NCBI GenBank assembly: GCA_963666115.2
Contig: CAXXET010000001.1
Span: 68,553 to 132,552 of the forward strand
Length of the DNA stretch: 64,000 nt
Direction of reading: 5' to 3'
Origin: Dehalococcoidia bacterium
GTDB taxonomy: Bacteria; Chloroflexota; Dehalococcoidia; UBA6926
Part shown: one piece after another, positions 1-9,721 of the stretch
Position numbering within the stretch: the stretch's first letter is position 1
Layout of the letters: each line of letters begins with the position of its first letter
The notes under the pieces: model-generated
What the model was told of the DNA's origin: nothing
What the model saw: only the letters and a program-made list of their open reading frames with translations
Databases searched by the model: none
Translations under genes and position numbers: made by a program

Positions 1-1
1 C

Positions 2-142
2 ATCTGGGGCACGCTGCAACTGGAGCGGGCGTCCCTGAGTCCTGCCGTTCAACGCCGCCGGTTCAAGACGGCATCCTACAGCTTGCTGTGCGGCGTGTTC
101 ACCGCCTTGCTGATCACGACGGCTCTCAGCGCCGTTCAGTGA
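2..142 (+). CDS. 3' end of a membrane protein (partial, begins before window)
   Basis: Open frame IWGTLQLERASLSPAVQRRRFKTASYSLLCGVFTALLITTALSAVQ ending at TGA 140-142; hydrophobic C-terminus. Confidence 0.5.
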   Translation: MWGTLQLERASLSPAVQRRRFKTASYSLLCGVFTALLITTALSAVQ

Positions 143-173
143 GGCAGGCCTGGCCAGTGATCCACCTCAACGC

Positions 174-1409
174 ATGACGACTGCCGTTCCGTATTTTCGT
201 GTGACGACCCCGGCAGGCGGCGCCGCGACGGGCCCGCGCGCCGGCGTCCTGATCACGCCGCACGGAGAAATCCGGACTCCCGCGTTTCTCCCGGTTGCCA
301 CGCAAGGCAGCGTCAAGGCGTTGTCTCCGTCTGACGTTTCGACGCTGGGCGGGCAGGTTGTCATTTGCAACGCCTATCATCTTGCGTTAAGGCCGGGTGT
401 AGACCTCATCGAGCTGGCCGGGGGGCTGCACGGATTCATGGGGTGGGATCGTCCCATCGCGACGGATTCCGGCGGGTTTCAAATGACGTCGCTGGCGCAT
501 CGACTGCGAATCTCGGATGAAGCGGTCACGTTTCTTTCCCACATCGACGGCGCCCAGTTCCACCTGTCGCCCGAATCCGCCGTCACACTCCAGGAGAGGC
601 TTGGCGCAGACATGATCATGTGCCTCGATCAGCCACTGCTCTATGGAACGGAGCGCGACGGGGTAGAGCGGGCGATGGCGCGGACGCACCTCTGGGCGCA
701 GCGTTCGGCGCGCGCTCACCGCCCAGAGGCGGGGCTGCTGTACGGCATTGCACAGGGCGGAATGGAGGCCGACCTGCGGGCGGAGTCGTCACGGTTTATC
801 GCGGCGCTTGACGGCGCGCAGGGAATAGCAATTGGCGGCCTGAGTCTCGGCGAGCCGAAAGACGTGATGTGGGAGATGGTGGACGTGTCGATGCCGCTGC
901 TGCCGCCTCACAAACCTCGCCACCTGCTGGGTGTTGGGTCGCCGGAAGACATCGTGGAGGGAGTGGCTCGGGGCATTGACACATTCGATTGCGCTCTGCC
1001 GACGCGTGTCGCGCGCAACGGGGCCTTCTACACGCCGCAGGGACGGGTGGACATTCTCAACGCGCGCTACACGCGGGAGTTAGGGCCGGTGATGGAGGGG
1101 TGCGACTGCGCGGCGTGCGCGACACATTCCGCCGCCTATCTCCAGCACCTGTTCAAGGCGAAGGAACTGCTGGCGTACCGGCTGGCGAGCATTCACAACC
1201 TGCGTTTCATCCACCGGCTGCTCGACGACGCGCGCGCCGCGATTGCGGCGGGTTCATACGAGAGCTTTCGCCGGGAGTTTCATGCGGCGTACACGCCGAG
1301 CGACGCAGCGGCGCGGGAGGAACAGCGCGGCCTGTGGCTGCGGGCGCAGCAGGCGCGGGAACAGGGGGATATGCCCGGAGAGTGGGAGCCGGATTCGGGG
1401 CTGGATTAG
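174..1409 (+). CDS. tgt: tRNA-guanine transglycosylase
   Basis: TPHGEIRTPAF, TDSGGFQ, HLLGVGSPED, DTFDC motifs and Zn site CDCAAC...H. Confidence 0.95.
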   Translation: MTTAVPYFRVTTPAGGAATGPRAGVLITPHGEIRTPAFLPVATQGSVKALSPSDVSTLGGQVVICNAYHLALRPGVDLIELAGGLHGFMGWDRPIATDSGGFQMTSLAHRLRISDEAVTFLSHIDGAQFHLSPESAVTLQERLGADMIMCLDQPLLYGTERDGVERAMARTHLWAQRSARAHRPEAGLLYGIAQGGMEADLRAESSRFIAALDGAQGIAIGGLSLGEPKDVMWEMVDVSMPLLPPHKPRHLLGVGSPEDIVEGVARGIDTFDCALPTRVARNGAFYTPQGRVDILNARYTRELGPVMEGCDCAACATHSAAYLQHLFKAKELLAYRLASIHNLRFIHRLLDDARAAIAAGSYESFRREFHAAYTPSDAAAREEQRGLWLRAQQAREQGDMPGEWEPDSGLD

Positions 1410-1681
1410 CCGCCGGCGACGGCGGGGACGATGCTGACCTCGTCGCCCTCCTTGAGGGGAGTTTCAAGGCCGCTGAGGAACCGCACGTCCTCGCCGTTCA
1501 CATAGATGTTCACGAAGCGGTGGAGTTCGCCCTCGTCGTTGAAGAGGCGTTCCTTGATGCCCGGGAAGCGCTCATTGAGGATCGCGAGTGCGCCATCCAG
1601 CCGATCACTCCCGGCTTCAATCTCATCAACGCCATCCGTCACGCGCCTCAAGGGCGTGGGAATCTTGACTGTGACCGACAT
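1406..1681 (-). CDS. MoaD/ThiS/CysO-family ubiquitin-like sulfur carrier
   Basis: 91 aa, FVNIYVNGEDVRFL, C-terminal PAVAGG. Confidence 0.93.
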   Translation of the reverse strand: MSVTVKIPTPLRRVTDGVDEIEAGSDRLDGALAILNERFPGIKERLFNDEGELHRFVNIYVNGEDVRFLSGLETPLKEGDEVSIVPAVAGG

Positions 1682-1761
1682 AGAGGCTGAACTCCTTTTT
1701 CCTGTGCGTTCTATTTGAGCGGTTCTGTCTAACTATAGCGGAATGGGTGGGCGGTTGGCAG

Positions 1762-2004
1762 TTAGCCTTCTATGACGTCTCCGGGGACGGGGTCGACGCG
1801 GACGCCCTTTGACTTGACCCACTCGATGCCGCGGTCGATTTCCGTCTGTTCGCCATCGAGTTCAAGCACAACCCAGCCCTGGTCTTCCTCCACGTTGGCG
1901 CGTCGGATGTTGGTAACGACCTCATATTCGCGGCCCAGCGACCAGATAATAGGCTCCTGGATGAGTTCTGACGCGAACGTGAATCGGACACGAGCCCTGG
2001 CCAT
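1762..2004 (-). CDS. NIL domain protein
   Basis: EPIIWSLGREYEVVTNIRRANV...GWVVLEL; about 80 aa; typical neighbour of thrC/MoaD. Confidence 0.85.
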   Translation of the reverse strand: MARARVRFTFASELIQEPIIWSLGREYEVVTNIRRANVEEDQGWVVLELDGEQTEIDRGIEWVKSKGVRVDPVPGDVIEG

Positions 2005-2060
2005 TGCTACCCCCATTTTCCGTGTTGTTCCGGTTTGGCGCCGAAGACTGTACGGCGCGG

Positions 2061-3290
2061 TCAGGCGTCCTCGGCCTTGATGGCGTCCTCAAAGTCGCGC
2101 AGCGAGGCATTGATGTTGACGGTCTGCGCCACGTCCTGCACGGCCTCCTGCGTCTTGAGTCCGTTGCCCGTGATGTACGCGACCGTGACCTCATCCTTGC
2201 CGATGATGCCCTTTGCGGCGAGTTTGCGAAGGACGCCGACCGTGACGCCGCCTGCCGTCTCGGCAAAGATGCCCTCCGTTTGGGCGAGCAGCTTCATTGA
2301 ATCAACGATCTCAGCATCTGTGACGGCATGGCCGGTGCCTCCGCTGTCCTCGATCACCTTGAGCGCATAGTAGCCGTCGGCAGGATTGCCGATGGCAAGC
2401 GACTTGGCGATGGTTTCCGGTCGGACGGGGCGGATGTCCTTGATGCCAGCGTCGTAGGCGGAGATGATGGGCGAGGAGCCCTCTGCCTGGGCGACGTGCA
2501 TCTTCGTTTTGGGCCTGCTGATGATGCCGATGTCGTGAAGCTCGTTGAAGCCCTTCCAGATCTTGGTGAACATGGAGCCGGACGCGGCGGGAACGATGGC
2601 GTGGTCCGGCGCGCGCCAGCCAAGCTGCTCCGCGGCCTCATAGCCAAGCGTCTTGGAACCCTCGGAATAATAGGGGCGGACGTTGATGTTGACGAAGGCC
2701 CAGCCGTAGCGGTCCGCGATCTCCGAGCACAGCCGGTTCACGTCGTCGTAGCTGCCGTTGACGGCGACGAGGGTAGGGCCGTAGATGGCCGCGCCCACGA
2801 CCTTGCCCAGTTCAAGATCGGCGGGGATGAAGACGTAACACCTGATGCCGGCGCGCGCGGCATGAGCGGCAACAGAGCCTGCCAGGTTGCCGGTGGAGGC
2901 GCAGGCAAGCGTGTCAAAGCCGAAATCACGCGCGGCAGTGGCGGCGACCGAAACAACACGGTCTTTGAAAGAGTAGGTCGGGTTGACGCAGTCGTTCTTG
3001 AGATACAGCTCGTTCAGGCCGAGCGCCTTGCCGAGCCTGTCTGCCTTGACGAGCGGCGTGAGGCCGGCGTTGATGTCGACGCGGTTCTCGGGATCGGCAG
3101 GCAGGAGTTCGGCGTACCGCCACATGGAGGGCGGGCCGTTCTTGATGGACTCGCGGGACATGACGCGGGCGATGGCGTCGTAGTCGTACTGAACCTCGAG
3201 CGGCCCGAAACAGAAATCGCAAACGTTGACCGGCAGGAGTTCGGTCTCGCGTGAACACTCCTTGCAGCGGAGGGCAGTGGCGTAGGTCAT
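2061..3290 (-). CDS. thrC: Threonine synthase family PLP enzyme with N-terminal Zn ribbon
   Basis: NPTYSFKDR PLP lysine, CASTGN, EGSKT, SLAIGNP, ITGNGLKT; CKEC/CDFC. Confidence 0.88.
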   Translation of the reverse strand: MTYATALRCKECSRETELLPVNVCDFCFGPLEVQYDYDAIARVMSRESIKNGPPSMWRYAELLPADPENRVDINAGLTPLVKADRLGKALGLNELYLKNDCVNPTYSFKDRVVSVAATAARDFGFDTLACASTGNLAGSVAAHAARAGIRCYVFIPADLELGKVVGAAIYGPTLVAVNGSYDDVNRLCSEIADRYGWAFVNINVRPYYSEGSKTLGYEAAEQLGWRAPDHAIVPAASGSMFTKIWKGFNELHDIGIISRPKTKMHVAQAEGSSPIISAYDAGIKDIRPVRPETIAKSLAIGNPADGYYALKVIEDSGGTGHAVTDAEIVDSMKLLAQTEGIFAETAGGVTVGVLRKLAAKGIIGKDEVTVAYITGNGLKTQEAVQDVAQTVNINASLRDFEDAIKAEDA

Positions 3291-3667
3291 TAGGGCTGCA
3301 ATCCATTCTGCCCTGACGGGGCGTTCGGGGACGCAATCAGTTGTCCGGCATATGGATCGGCAGCCAACATCAATCCTTCAAGCGCGTGACAGCCGAGCAG
3401 CGGTTCGGCGCCAACATCCCCGAAGACGGCCCAGGTGTGCGTTGTTCTGCCCTCAGCCGTGAGCAGCAGTTCACCAACGTCGTAGCGCTCAATGCGGCCA
3501 TCCGCAAACTCAAAGACTGATTGATGTCTGCGCGTGACGCCAAGTCGTTCAAGCACATCGGCGGGAATCAGGGAGATGCTGGCTCCGGTGTCCACGGTTG
3601 CAGACAGACTCACGGATGAATCGTCCACGAAGCTGTGGAGTGTAACGTTAGCGCTAAACATTCCCAT
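3290..3667 (-). CDS. Clan AA (retropepsin-like) aspartic protease
   Basis: VDTGASISLIP catalytic motif and LLGCHALEGL; TAATG overlap with thrC; start could extend to 3745. Confidence 0.82.
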   Translation of the reverse strand: MGMFSANVTLHSFVDDSSVSLSATVDTGASISLIPADVLERLGVTRRHQSVFEFADGRIERYDVGELLLTAEGRTTHTWAVFGDVGAEPLLGCHALEGLMLAADPYAGQLIASPNAPSGQNGLQP

Positions 3668-3772
3668 GCGGCGTTCCTCACGGGTCATTGCCCGGCGAAC
3701 GGGGATACCGACTGCGCGCAGATATTTGGCTGATGCTGTCATCATGGCGTCCCCTCAGTCCATTGTAGCAAC

Positions 3773-3815
3773 AGAAAGGCGGGGCGGCGCGCTTGGCGCG
3801 CCGCCCCGCCCGTTT
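3773..3815 (-). terminator. Intrinsic terminator after the enoyl-CoA hydratase gene
   Basis: Perfect 15-bp stem GGCGGGGCGGCGCGC-TTG-GCGCGCCGCCCCGCC followed by TTTCT on the minus strand. Confidence 0.7.
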
Positions 3816-3840
3816 CCTCGTCGTGATGGTGAGAGGAGTC

Positions 3841-4689
3841 CTAGCGGTTCTGCCAGTTGGGGGCGCGCTTCTCCGCGAAGGCGAGCGGGCCCTCCTTGGA
3901 GTCCTCGGAGCCGCCGACGATGCGGTTGACCCAGCCGCTGAATTGGTAGTGCTCGTCGATGAACAGGTTGCGCCAGAACTGCGCGACGGCCTTCACGCCC
4001 TGGACGGCGATGGGCGCGTTCTCCGTGATCATCTTGGCAATCTCAACAGCGCGCGGCAGGAGCTGGTCAGGCTCCACGACCTCATGGACCAGGCCGATGC
4101 GCAGACACTCCACCGGGGAGATGCGATCCGCCGTCAGGCCGATGTACATGGCCTCGCCGACCGGAACCAGGCGCGGCATGAGGTGCATGCCGGAGCCGGG
4201 CATGATTCCGCGCTTCACCTCGAACAGGCCCATATAGGCCTCCGTGGAGATGATGCGGATGTCGCAGTCGATTGCGCGCTCCGTGCCGCCGCCGACGGCT
4301 AGGCCGTTGATGGCCGCGATGAACGGCTTGGGCGAGCGGGCGAACTGGAAGAGAGAGCCGGTCGGCCCGGCTCCGCCGCCCCCGGAAATCTGGAACAGGC
4401 GCCGGGCGCGCTCCTCGGCGTCGATCTCACCCTTGTCGAACGCTTCATTGACCTCGGCTGTGCGCGTGTTGCGATCCGACATCTCGCGCAGGTCGGCGCC
4501 TGCGGAAAACGCGCGACCGTTTCCGGTGACAATCCCGACCCACATGTTGCGGTCGTTATTGAAGTCGTGGAGCGCGATCTGCAGTTCCTCGTTCATGCTG
4601 CCGCCCATGGCGTTCAACCGATCAGGGCGATTCATGGTGAACGTGGCGTAGTGTTCCGCCTCATTCTTCTCATACAACAGTTCAGGCAT
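3841..4689 (-). CDS. Enoyl-CoA hydratase/isomerase family protein
   Basis: NRPDRLNAM, AFSAGADL, PFIAAINGLAVGGG, FAEKRAPNW; start MPELLYEK behind GGGAGGG. Confidence 0.92.
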   Translation of the reverse strand: MPELLYEKNEAEHYATFTMNRPDRLNAMGGSMNEELQIALHDFNNDRNMWVGIVTGNGRAFSAGADLREMSDRNTRTAEVNEAFDKGEIDAEERARRLFQISGGGGAGPTGSLFQFARSPKPFIAAINGLAVGGGTERAIDCDIRIISTEAYMGLFEVKRGIMPGSGMHLMPRLVPVGEAMYIGLTADRISPVECLRIGLVHEVVEPDQLLPRAVEIAKMITENAPIAVQGVKAVAQFWRNLFIDEHYQFSGWVNRIVGGSEDSKEGPLAFAEKRAPNWQNR

Positions 4690-4885
4690 TTGCTTCCCCT
4701 CCCACCTCTGTGGATTCTCCTGCGTAAAGCCGACTAAGCCTAGATTTTTGGCGGCGTCGATGTCAAGTTGGCGGCGTGGCGGCGCGATAGAGTGGCTTTG
4801 ACACGGTTCGCGCGTCACTGGTAGGGTGAATCGGGCTTGGGTGAGCCTATCGGTGGGGCAGCACATTTTTTTCGGGGGAATAACT

Positions 4886-6022
4886 ATGCGCTTGACACTC
4901 TCAGCCATCAAGGCGGACGTCGGTTCAATTGGCGGCCACACGAGGCCGACGGACGAGATGCTGGACAAGGTGCGCTCAGAGGTGCAAGCCGCCATCGATC
5001 GGGGACTGCTCATCGACGGCTACGTATTTCACGTGGGGGATGACATCGCCATCATCATGTCCCACACGCGGGGCAAGGACGACACCGAGATTCACCAGTT
5101 CGCGTGGGACAGCTTCCTGGCCGCGACGGCCATCGCGCAGGAGTACGGGCTGTACGGGGCAGGGCAAGACCTGTTGGTTGACGCGCCGTCCGGGAACGTG
5201 CGCGGCGCGGGGCCGGGCGTGGCGGAGGTCGAGTTCGAGCACGAGCCGGTGAAGACCAACAGCGTGCGCAACGCTGAGTCGTTCATGATCTTCGCGGCGG
5301 ACAAGTGCGGGCCGGGCGCGTACAACCTGCCCCTGTTCCTCGGATTCGCCGACCCGATGTACTGCGCGGGGTTGATGCTGCCGCGCATGATCCAGGGCTT
5401 TGATTTCAACATCATCGACATGAACAACACCGGCGGCGACAGCCTCCTGACGCTGCACGCGCCGGAAGACTACTACCGGATCACGGTGCTGCTGCGCGAC
5501 AACGAGCGTTTCGGCATCGAGAGCATTTCATCCCGGACGTATGACGGGCAGGACGCGGCGGCGGTGTCCGCGCAGCGGCTGCACAACATCGCCGGCACGT
5601 ACACGGGCAAGGATGACCCCATTGCCATCGTGCGGAACCAGGGCATCTTCCCCGCGCCGGAGGAGGTTCTTTCGACGTTCACGAAGGCGCACTACATCGG
5701 CGGCGACGCGCGCGGCTCCCACAACATGCCCCTGATGCCCGTGCCGATGAACACGCCTGTCACGGGCCCGTATTGCCTGCCGATCGTTGAGTCGCTCGGT
5801 TTTTCGATGAACGGCGACGGCAAGTTCTCGGCGAACGTCGTGGACTTCTTTGACAATCCGGCGTGGGACCTGGTGCGGAACAAGGCGCAGGAGAAGGCGC
5901 TCTACATGCGCGACCAGGGGTGGTCCGGCCCCGCCATGCTGCCGTACACAGAGCTTGAGTACGGCGGGTTCCGTGACATCGTGACTGGGCTGGAGGAGCG
6001 TTTCGCCTTCCGCGCGGAATAG
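4886..6022 (+). CDS. fbp: Bifunctional fructose-1,6-bisphosphate aldolase/phosphatase (class V)
   Basis: IKADVGSIGGH, GDD, LYGAGQDLL, GNVRGAGP, ADKCGPGAYN, YTGKDDP. Confidence 0.93.
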   Translation: MRLTLSAIKADVGSIGGHTRPTDEMLDKVRSEVQAAIDRGLLIDGYVFHVGDDIAIIMSHTRGKDDTEIHQFAWDSFLAATAIAQEYGLYGAGQDLLVDAPSGNVRGAGPGVAEVEFEHEPVKTNSVRNAESFMIFAADKCGPGAYNLPLFLGFADPMYCAGLMLPRMIQGFDFNIIDMNNTGGDSLLTLHAPEDYYRITVLLRDNERFGIESISSRTYDGQDAAAVSAQRLHNIAGTYTGKDDPIAIVRNQGIFPAPEEVLSTFTKAHYIGGDARGSHNMPLMPVPMNTPVTGPYCLPIVESLGFSMNGDGKFSANVVDFFDNPAWDLVRNKAQEKALYMRDQGWSGPAMLPYTELEYGGFRDIVTGLEERFAFRAE

Positions 6023-6035
6023 GGGACAGCCCCGC

Positions 6036-6665
6036 GTGAAACTCCTCGTCGGCACCGGCAACCCCGGGAAAATCCGCGAGTTCCGCGAACTCATGGACGG
6101 CCTGCCCGTTGAGCTTGTGACCCCTGCGGACATCGGCCTCGATATTGATGTGGAGGAAACCGGCGGCACGCTGGAAGAGAATGCGCTGATCAAGGCGCAG
6201 GCATATGCGAACGCGGGGGGCATCCTGACGCTGGCCGATGATTCCGGCCTGTTTGTGGATGCGCTGGACGGCGCGCCCGGCGTGATCAGCGCCCGCTACG
6301 GCGGCCCTGATGCCAAGACAGATGAGGACCGCGTTGAGCTTTTGCTGCGCAATCTGAAAGACGTGCCGGAGGCGGAACGCGACGCGGCATTCCGGTGCGT
6401 AATCGTCATTGCAGAGCCAAACGTGGATACGGTTTGCATGGCGAAAGGAGAGTTGCGCGGTATAATTGGGAAAGCTCCGAGGGGGACGAACGGATTCGGG
6501 TATGATCCGATATTCATCGTGCCGGAGCACGGGAAGACGGTAGCCGAATTGGATTCAGAAACAAAGAACGCACTCAGTCACCGCGGCAGGGCGGCGCGCA
6601 TCGCGCGGGGCATTGTCGCGGACATGGCCGCCGCGGGCCAGGCGGAGGGAAACAACCGGGCATGA
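6036..6665 (+). CDS. rdgB: Non-canonical purine NTP pyrophosphatase (RdgB/HAM1)
   Basis: TGNPGK, ADDSGL, GFGYDPIF, KNALSHR. Confidence 0.95.
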   Translation: MKLLVGTGNPGKIREFRELMDGLPVELVTPADIGLDIDVEETGGTLEENALIKAQAYANAGGILTLADDSGLFVDALDGAPGVISARYGGPDAKTDEDRVELLLRNLKDVPEAERDAAFRCVIVIAEPNVDTVCMAKGELRGIIGKAPRGTNGFGYDPIFIVPEHGKTVAELDSETKNALSHRGRAARIARGIVADMAAAGQAEGNNRA

Positions 6666-7702
6666 CCGTCGCCGCTCCCATAAGCGTCAAGGACGTGTTC
6701 GGACGCCTCCTGCAAGACCTCCGTATCTCTGTCACGGACCGGTGCAATTTCCGTTGCTCGTACTGCATGCCGGCGGAGATCTTCGGCGAGCGGTACGAAT
6801 TCCTGCCGCGCGACCAGATCCTGACGTTCGAGGAGATTGAACGCCTGACGCGCATCTTTGCCGGGCTGGGCGTGACCAAGATTCGCGTGACGGGCGGGGA
6901 GCCCCTGCTGCGCAGGGATTTGCCTGAGCTAATCTGTATGCTCGCGGCGGTTGACGGCATCGACGACCTGTCGCTGACGACGAACGGCTACTTGCTGCCG
7001 CCCATGGCCAGGGAGCTGCGGGAGGCAGGGCTGCGCCGCGTGACAATCAGTCTGGACAGCCTGGACGATGAGACATTCAAGCGCATGAACGGACGCGGTT
7101 TCGGGGTTGATCGCGTACTGGAGGCCATCGAGGCGGCGGAGGACGCCGGGCTCGGGCCAATCAAGATCAATAGCGTCGTGCAGCGCGGCGTCAACGAAAA
7201 CTTTGTGACCGACCTCGCCAGGTATTTTAAGGGCACGGACAAGATTGTGCGGTTCATCGAATACATGGACGTCGGGACAATCAACGGGTGGAAACTGGAA
7301 GAGGTCGTGCCGAGCAGGGAACTCGCCGCGCTCATCAACGCCGAGACGCCCATCATTCCAATCGACCGAAACTATCGCAGCGAAACATCGTCGCGTTATG
7401 CGTATGCTGACGGCACCGGCGAGATTGGGTTCATTTCGTCGGTCTCGGAGCCGTTCTGCGCCGACTGCACACGCGCCCGCCTCTCGACGGACGGCAGGCT
7501 CTACACGTGCCTGTTCACGGGCGACGGCCATGATTTGCGCGGGCCGATGCGCGACGGCGCGACGGACGATGAGATTATCTCGCTGATCACCGGCGTGTGG
7601 GAGCAGCGGACGGATCGGTACTCCGAGGAGCGAACCAGCGAGACTGCCGCGCTCGCGGGCAAGAAGCCGGAGCGCGTTGAGATGTACCACATCGGAGGGT
7701 AG
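6662..7702 (+). CDS. moaA: GTP 3',8-cyclase
   Basis: CNFRCSYC radical SAM motif, FCADCTRARL, C-terminal HIGG. Confidence 0.96.
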   Translation: MTVAAPISVKDVFGRLLQDLRISVTDRCNFRCSYCMPAEIFGERYEFLPRDQILTFEEIERLTRIFAGLGVTKIRVTGGEPLLRRDLPELICMLAAVDGIDDLSLTTNGYLLPPMARELREAGLRRVTISLDSLDDETFKRMNGRGFGVDRVLEAIEAAEDAGLGPIKINSVVQRGVNENFVTDLARYFKGTDKIVRFIEYMDVGTINGWKLEEVVPSRELAALINAETPIIPIDRNYRSETSSRYAYADGTGEIGFISSVSEPFCADCTRARLSTDGRLYTCLFTGDGHDLRGPMRDGATDDEIISLITGVWEQRTDRYSEERTSETAALAGKKPERVEMYHIGG

Positions 7703-7726
7703 GCGCAGACGCCGCCGGACAATCCG

Positions 7727-8224
7727 ATGACCGACCAGGAGAACTCTGGGAAACTGTCCCACGTCGATCCGACAGCCGGGCCGCGCATGGTCGACGTGGG
7801 CGACAAGGACGTGACGCGGCGAGAGGCCGTGGCGCGGGGCAGGGTGGTCATGTCGCCCGAAACGCTGACGGCGATCCGCGAACAGGCCACGCCCAAGGGC
7901 GACGTGCTGTCCGTGGCGCAGTTGGCGGGCGTGATGGCCGCCAAGCGCACCTCTGAATTGATTCCCCTGTGCCATCCACTGCCGCTGTCATTCGTTGGCG
8001 TTAAACTGACGCCGGGTGAGGACGGGGCGAGCGTCGAAATAGAGTCGACCGTTCGGACGACGGGTCAGACGGGGGCCGAGATGGAGGCTCTAACGGCGGT
8101 GAGCGTGGCGGGGCTGACAGTCTATGACATGTGCAAGGCCATCGACCGCGCGATGCGGGTGGAGGCCGTCCGGCTGGTGTCCAAGTCCGGAGGGCAGAGC
8201 GGGGACGTGCGGCTAGAGGATTAG
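7727..8224 (+). CDS. moaC: Cyclic pyranopterin monophosphate synthase
   Basis: [33 protein letters not shown]. Confidence 0.96.
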   Translation: MTDQENSGKLSHVDPTAGPRMVDVGDKDVTRREAVARGRVVMSPETLTAIREQATPKGDVLSVAQLAGVMAAKRTSELIPLCHPLPLSFVGVKLTPGEDGASVEIESTVRTTGQTGAEMEALTAVSVAGLTVYDMCKAIDRAMRVEAVRLVSKSGGQSGDVRLED

Positions 8225-9102
8225 TCCCGGCTGCCCAGCAGAAACCGCCGCGCGATGTTGGCGGTTTCGTCCGGAACCTGCATGTAGATGGCGTGGCCGA
8301 CGTCAGGCATGACCAGGAATTCCCCGTGCGGCAGCGCTTCCGCCAAAGGCCGCTGGTGTGACTCAAGCAGGTTGTTCTCCTCCGCCACGACGATGAGGAT
8401 GGGCATGGTCAGCCGGTTCACGCCGGCAATCAGCGAGAACTCATCGGTTGCCATTTCCCCGATGTTGTAGGAGTTGACGCTCCACATGGCCTCAGCGCGT
8501 CCGTCGGGATGGACGATCGTTTCCTCATTGAGAACGTCGTCCAGCGCCTCCTGCGTCCAGACGCTCGTCATGTTGTTTGACTCCAGCCGCCGCTTGAGGT
8601 CATCGAGGGAAACCCATGAGTTGCGCCGGCCCGGCCCCGGCTTTTCGGTGAGGTCTTCATTGAGCACATTGACGCGCACCCAGTGGGCGGGCCCCTCCGG
8701 CACGGGCTCCACCATCACCATGCCGAGCACGCGGTCGGGATGGTTGGTGGCGTAGAGGCCGCTTATCGCGCCGCCGTAGGAGTGGGACATGATGAAGTGC
8801 GGGGGAAGGTCAAGCGCCTCCGCGATGCCCGCCATGTCCTGCGCCCCCTCCGTTGCGCGGTAGCCCGTTTCAGGGGCGTCCGATTCGCCGTGTCCGCGTG
8901 TGTCCAGGGCGATGACGCGGAAGTCATTTCGCAGCCGCCGCGCGACGGCGTTCCAACTGCGTCCGGTGCGCCGACCGCCGTGGACGAGCAGCAGCGGGGG
9001 GCCGTCGCCTCCCCAATCAAGCGCGTGAAATGTCACGCCGTCGACGGTGACGAACAGGCTTGTGCGTCCCTCGGATTGCTCGCGTGTGATGACTTCAGGC
9101 AC
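8221..9102 (-). CDS. Alpha/beta fold hydrolase
   Basis: [19 protein letters not shown] nucleophile elbow, GHAI. Confidence 0.88.
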   Translation of the reverse strand: MPEVITREQSEGRTSLFVTVDGVTFHALDWGGDGPPLLLVHGGRRTGRSWNAVARRLRNDFRVIALDTRGHGESDAPETGYRATEGAQDMAGIAEALDLPPHFIMSHSYGGAISGLYATNHPDRVLGMVMVEPVPEGPAHWVRVNVLNEDLTEKPGPGRRNSWVSLDDLKRRLESNNMTSVWTQEALDDVLNEETIVHPDGRAEAMWSVNSYNIGEMATDEFSLIAGVNRLTMPILIVVAEENNLLESHQRPLAEALPHGEFLVMPDVGHAIYMQVPDETANIARRFLLGSRD

Positions 9103-9147
9103 AGAACCTCCCTGTGTGCGTTGTATGACTCAGTGTGGGGAAGGGGG

Positions 9148-9675
9148 TCAGGCGGGATACCACTGCCTGCGTTCAAACATCCCCTTGATATACGACATTT
9201 CTCCCGTGTGCATTGAATTATCGTGCATCACGCTGACGAGGCGGACGCCGACGGTCGGCATCGGGTTCCACTGCGGCTCATTCAGGACGCGGTCGAGCGC
9301 CTCGGGCGTAATGGTCTGAATGAACTCCTGCGTGCGGGCGTAGACGGCGTCGTAGTACCCGATGATCACGGACGCCTCCGGCGCCTGGAATGCGCGCACC
9401 TCGTCCATGGAGTAGCCGGTTCCCGTGTTCGCGGGGTCGGCGGCCATGCCGAACCGCTCATGCCAGCCGTCCGCAATCCACGCCTGCTCCCGGCCGGCGA
9501 GGCCGGAGATTTCGTGGTCCTGGGTGCGCGTCAGGTGCCAGCCGGTCCAGCCGAGCGGGTTTGATTGCTCGTCCGGCTGCCTCATCAACTGCTCCACGCT
9601 CAGCCCGTCGATGCACCTGGCGAGCAGTTCCCGCACGCGGCCAAAGTGATCAGTGGCCAAATCTCGCATGTCCAT
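9148..9675 (-). CDS. DinB/DUF664 family (thiol S-transferase-like) protein
   Basis: NPLGWTGWHLTR and DNSMHTGE metal-binding His pattern. Confidence 0.85.
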   Translation of the reverse strand: MDMRDLATDHFGRVRELLARCIDGLSVEQLMRQPDEQSNPLGWTGWHLTRTQDHEISGLAGREQAWIADGWHERFGMAADPANTGTGYSMDEVRAFQAPEASVIIGYYDAVYARTQEFIQTITPEALDRVLNEPQWNPMPTVGVRLVSVMHDNSMHTGEMSYIKGMFERRQWYPA

Positions 9676-9721
9676 CCCGATTCCTCCGTCCCCCAAGCCG
9701 CGCCGGGGCGCTTATTGCGAC

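Noticed and set aside
3668-3770. SAM or other riboswitch upstream of the sulfur-relay unit
   Set aside because: No recognisable conserved riboswitch core by eye; an Rfam scan would be needed
3841-5013. 390-aa version of the enoyl-CoA hydratase
   Set aside because: The extension overlaps the divergent fbp gene; the family signature and RBS begin at 4689
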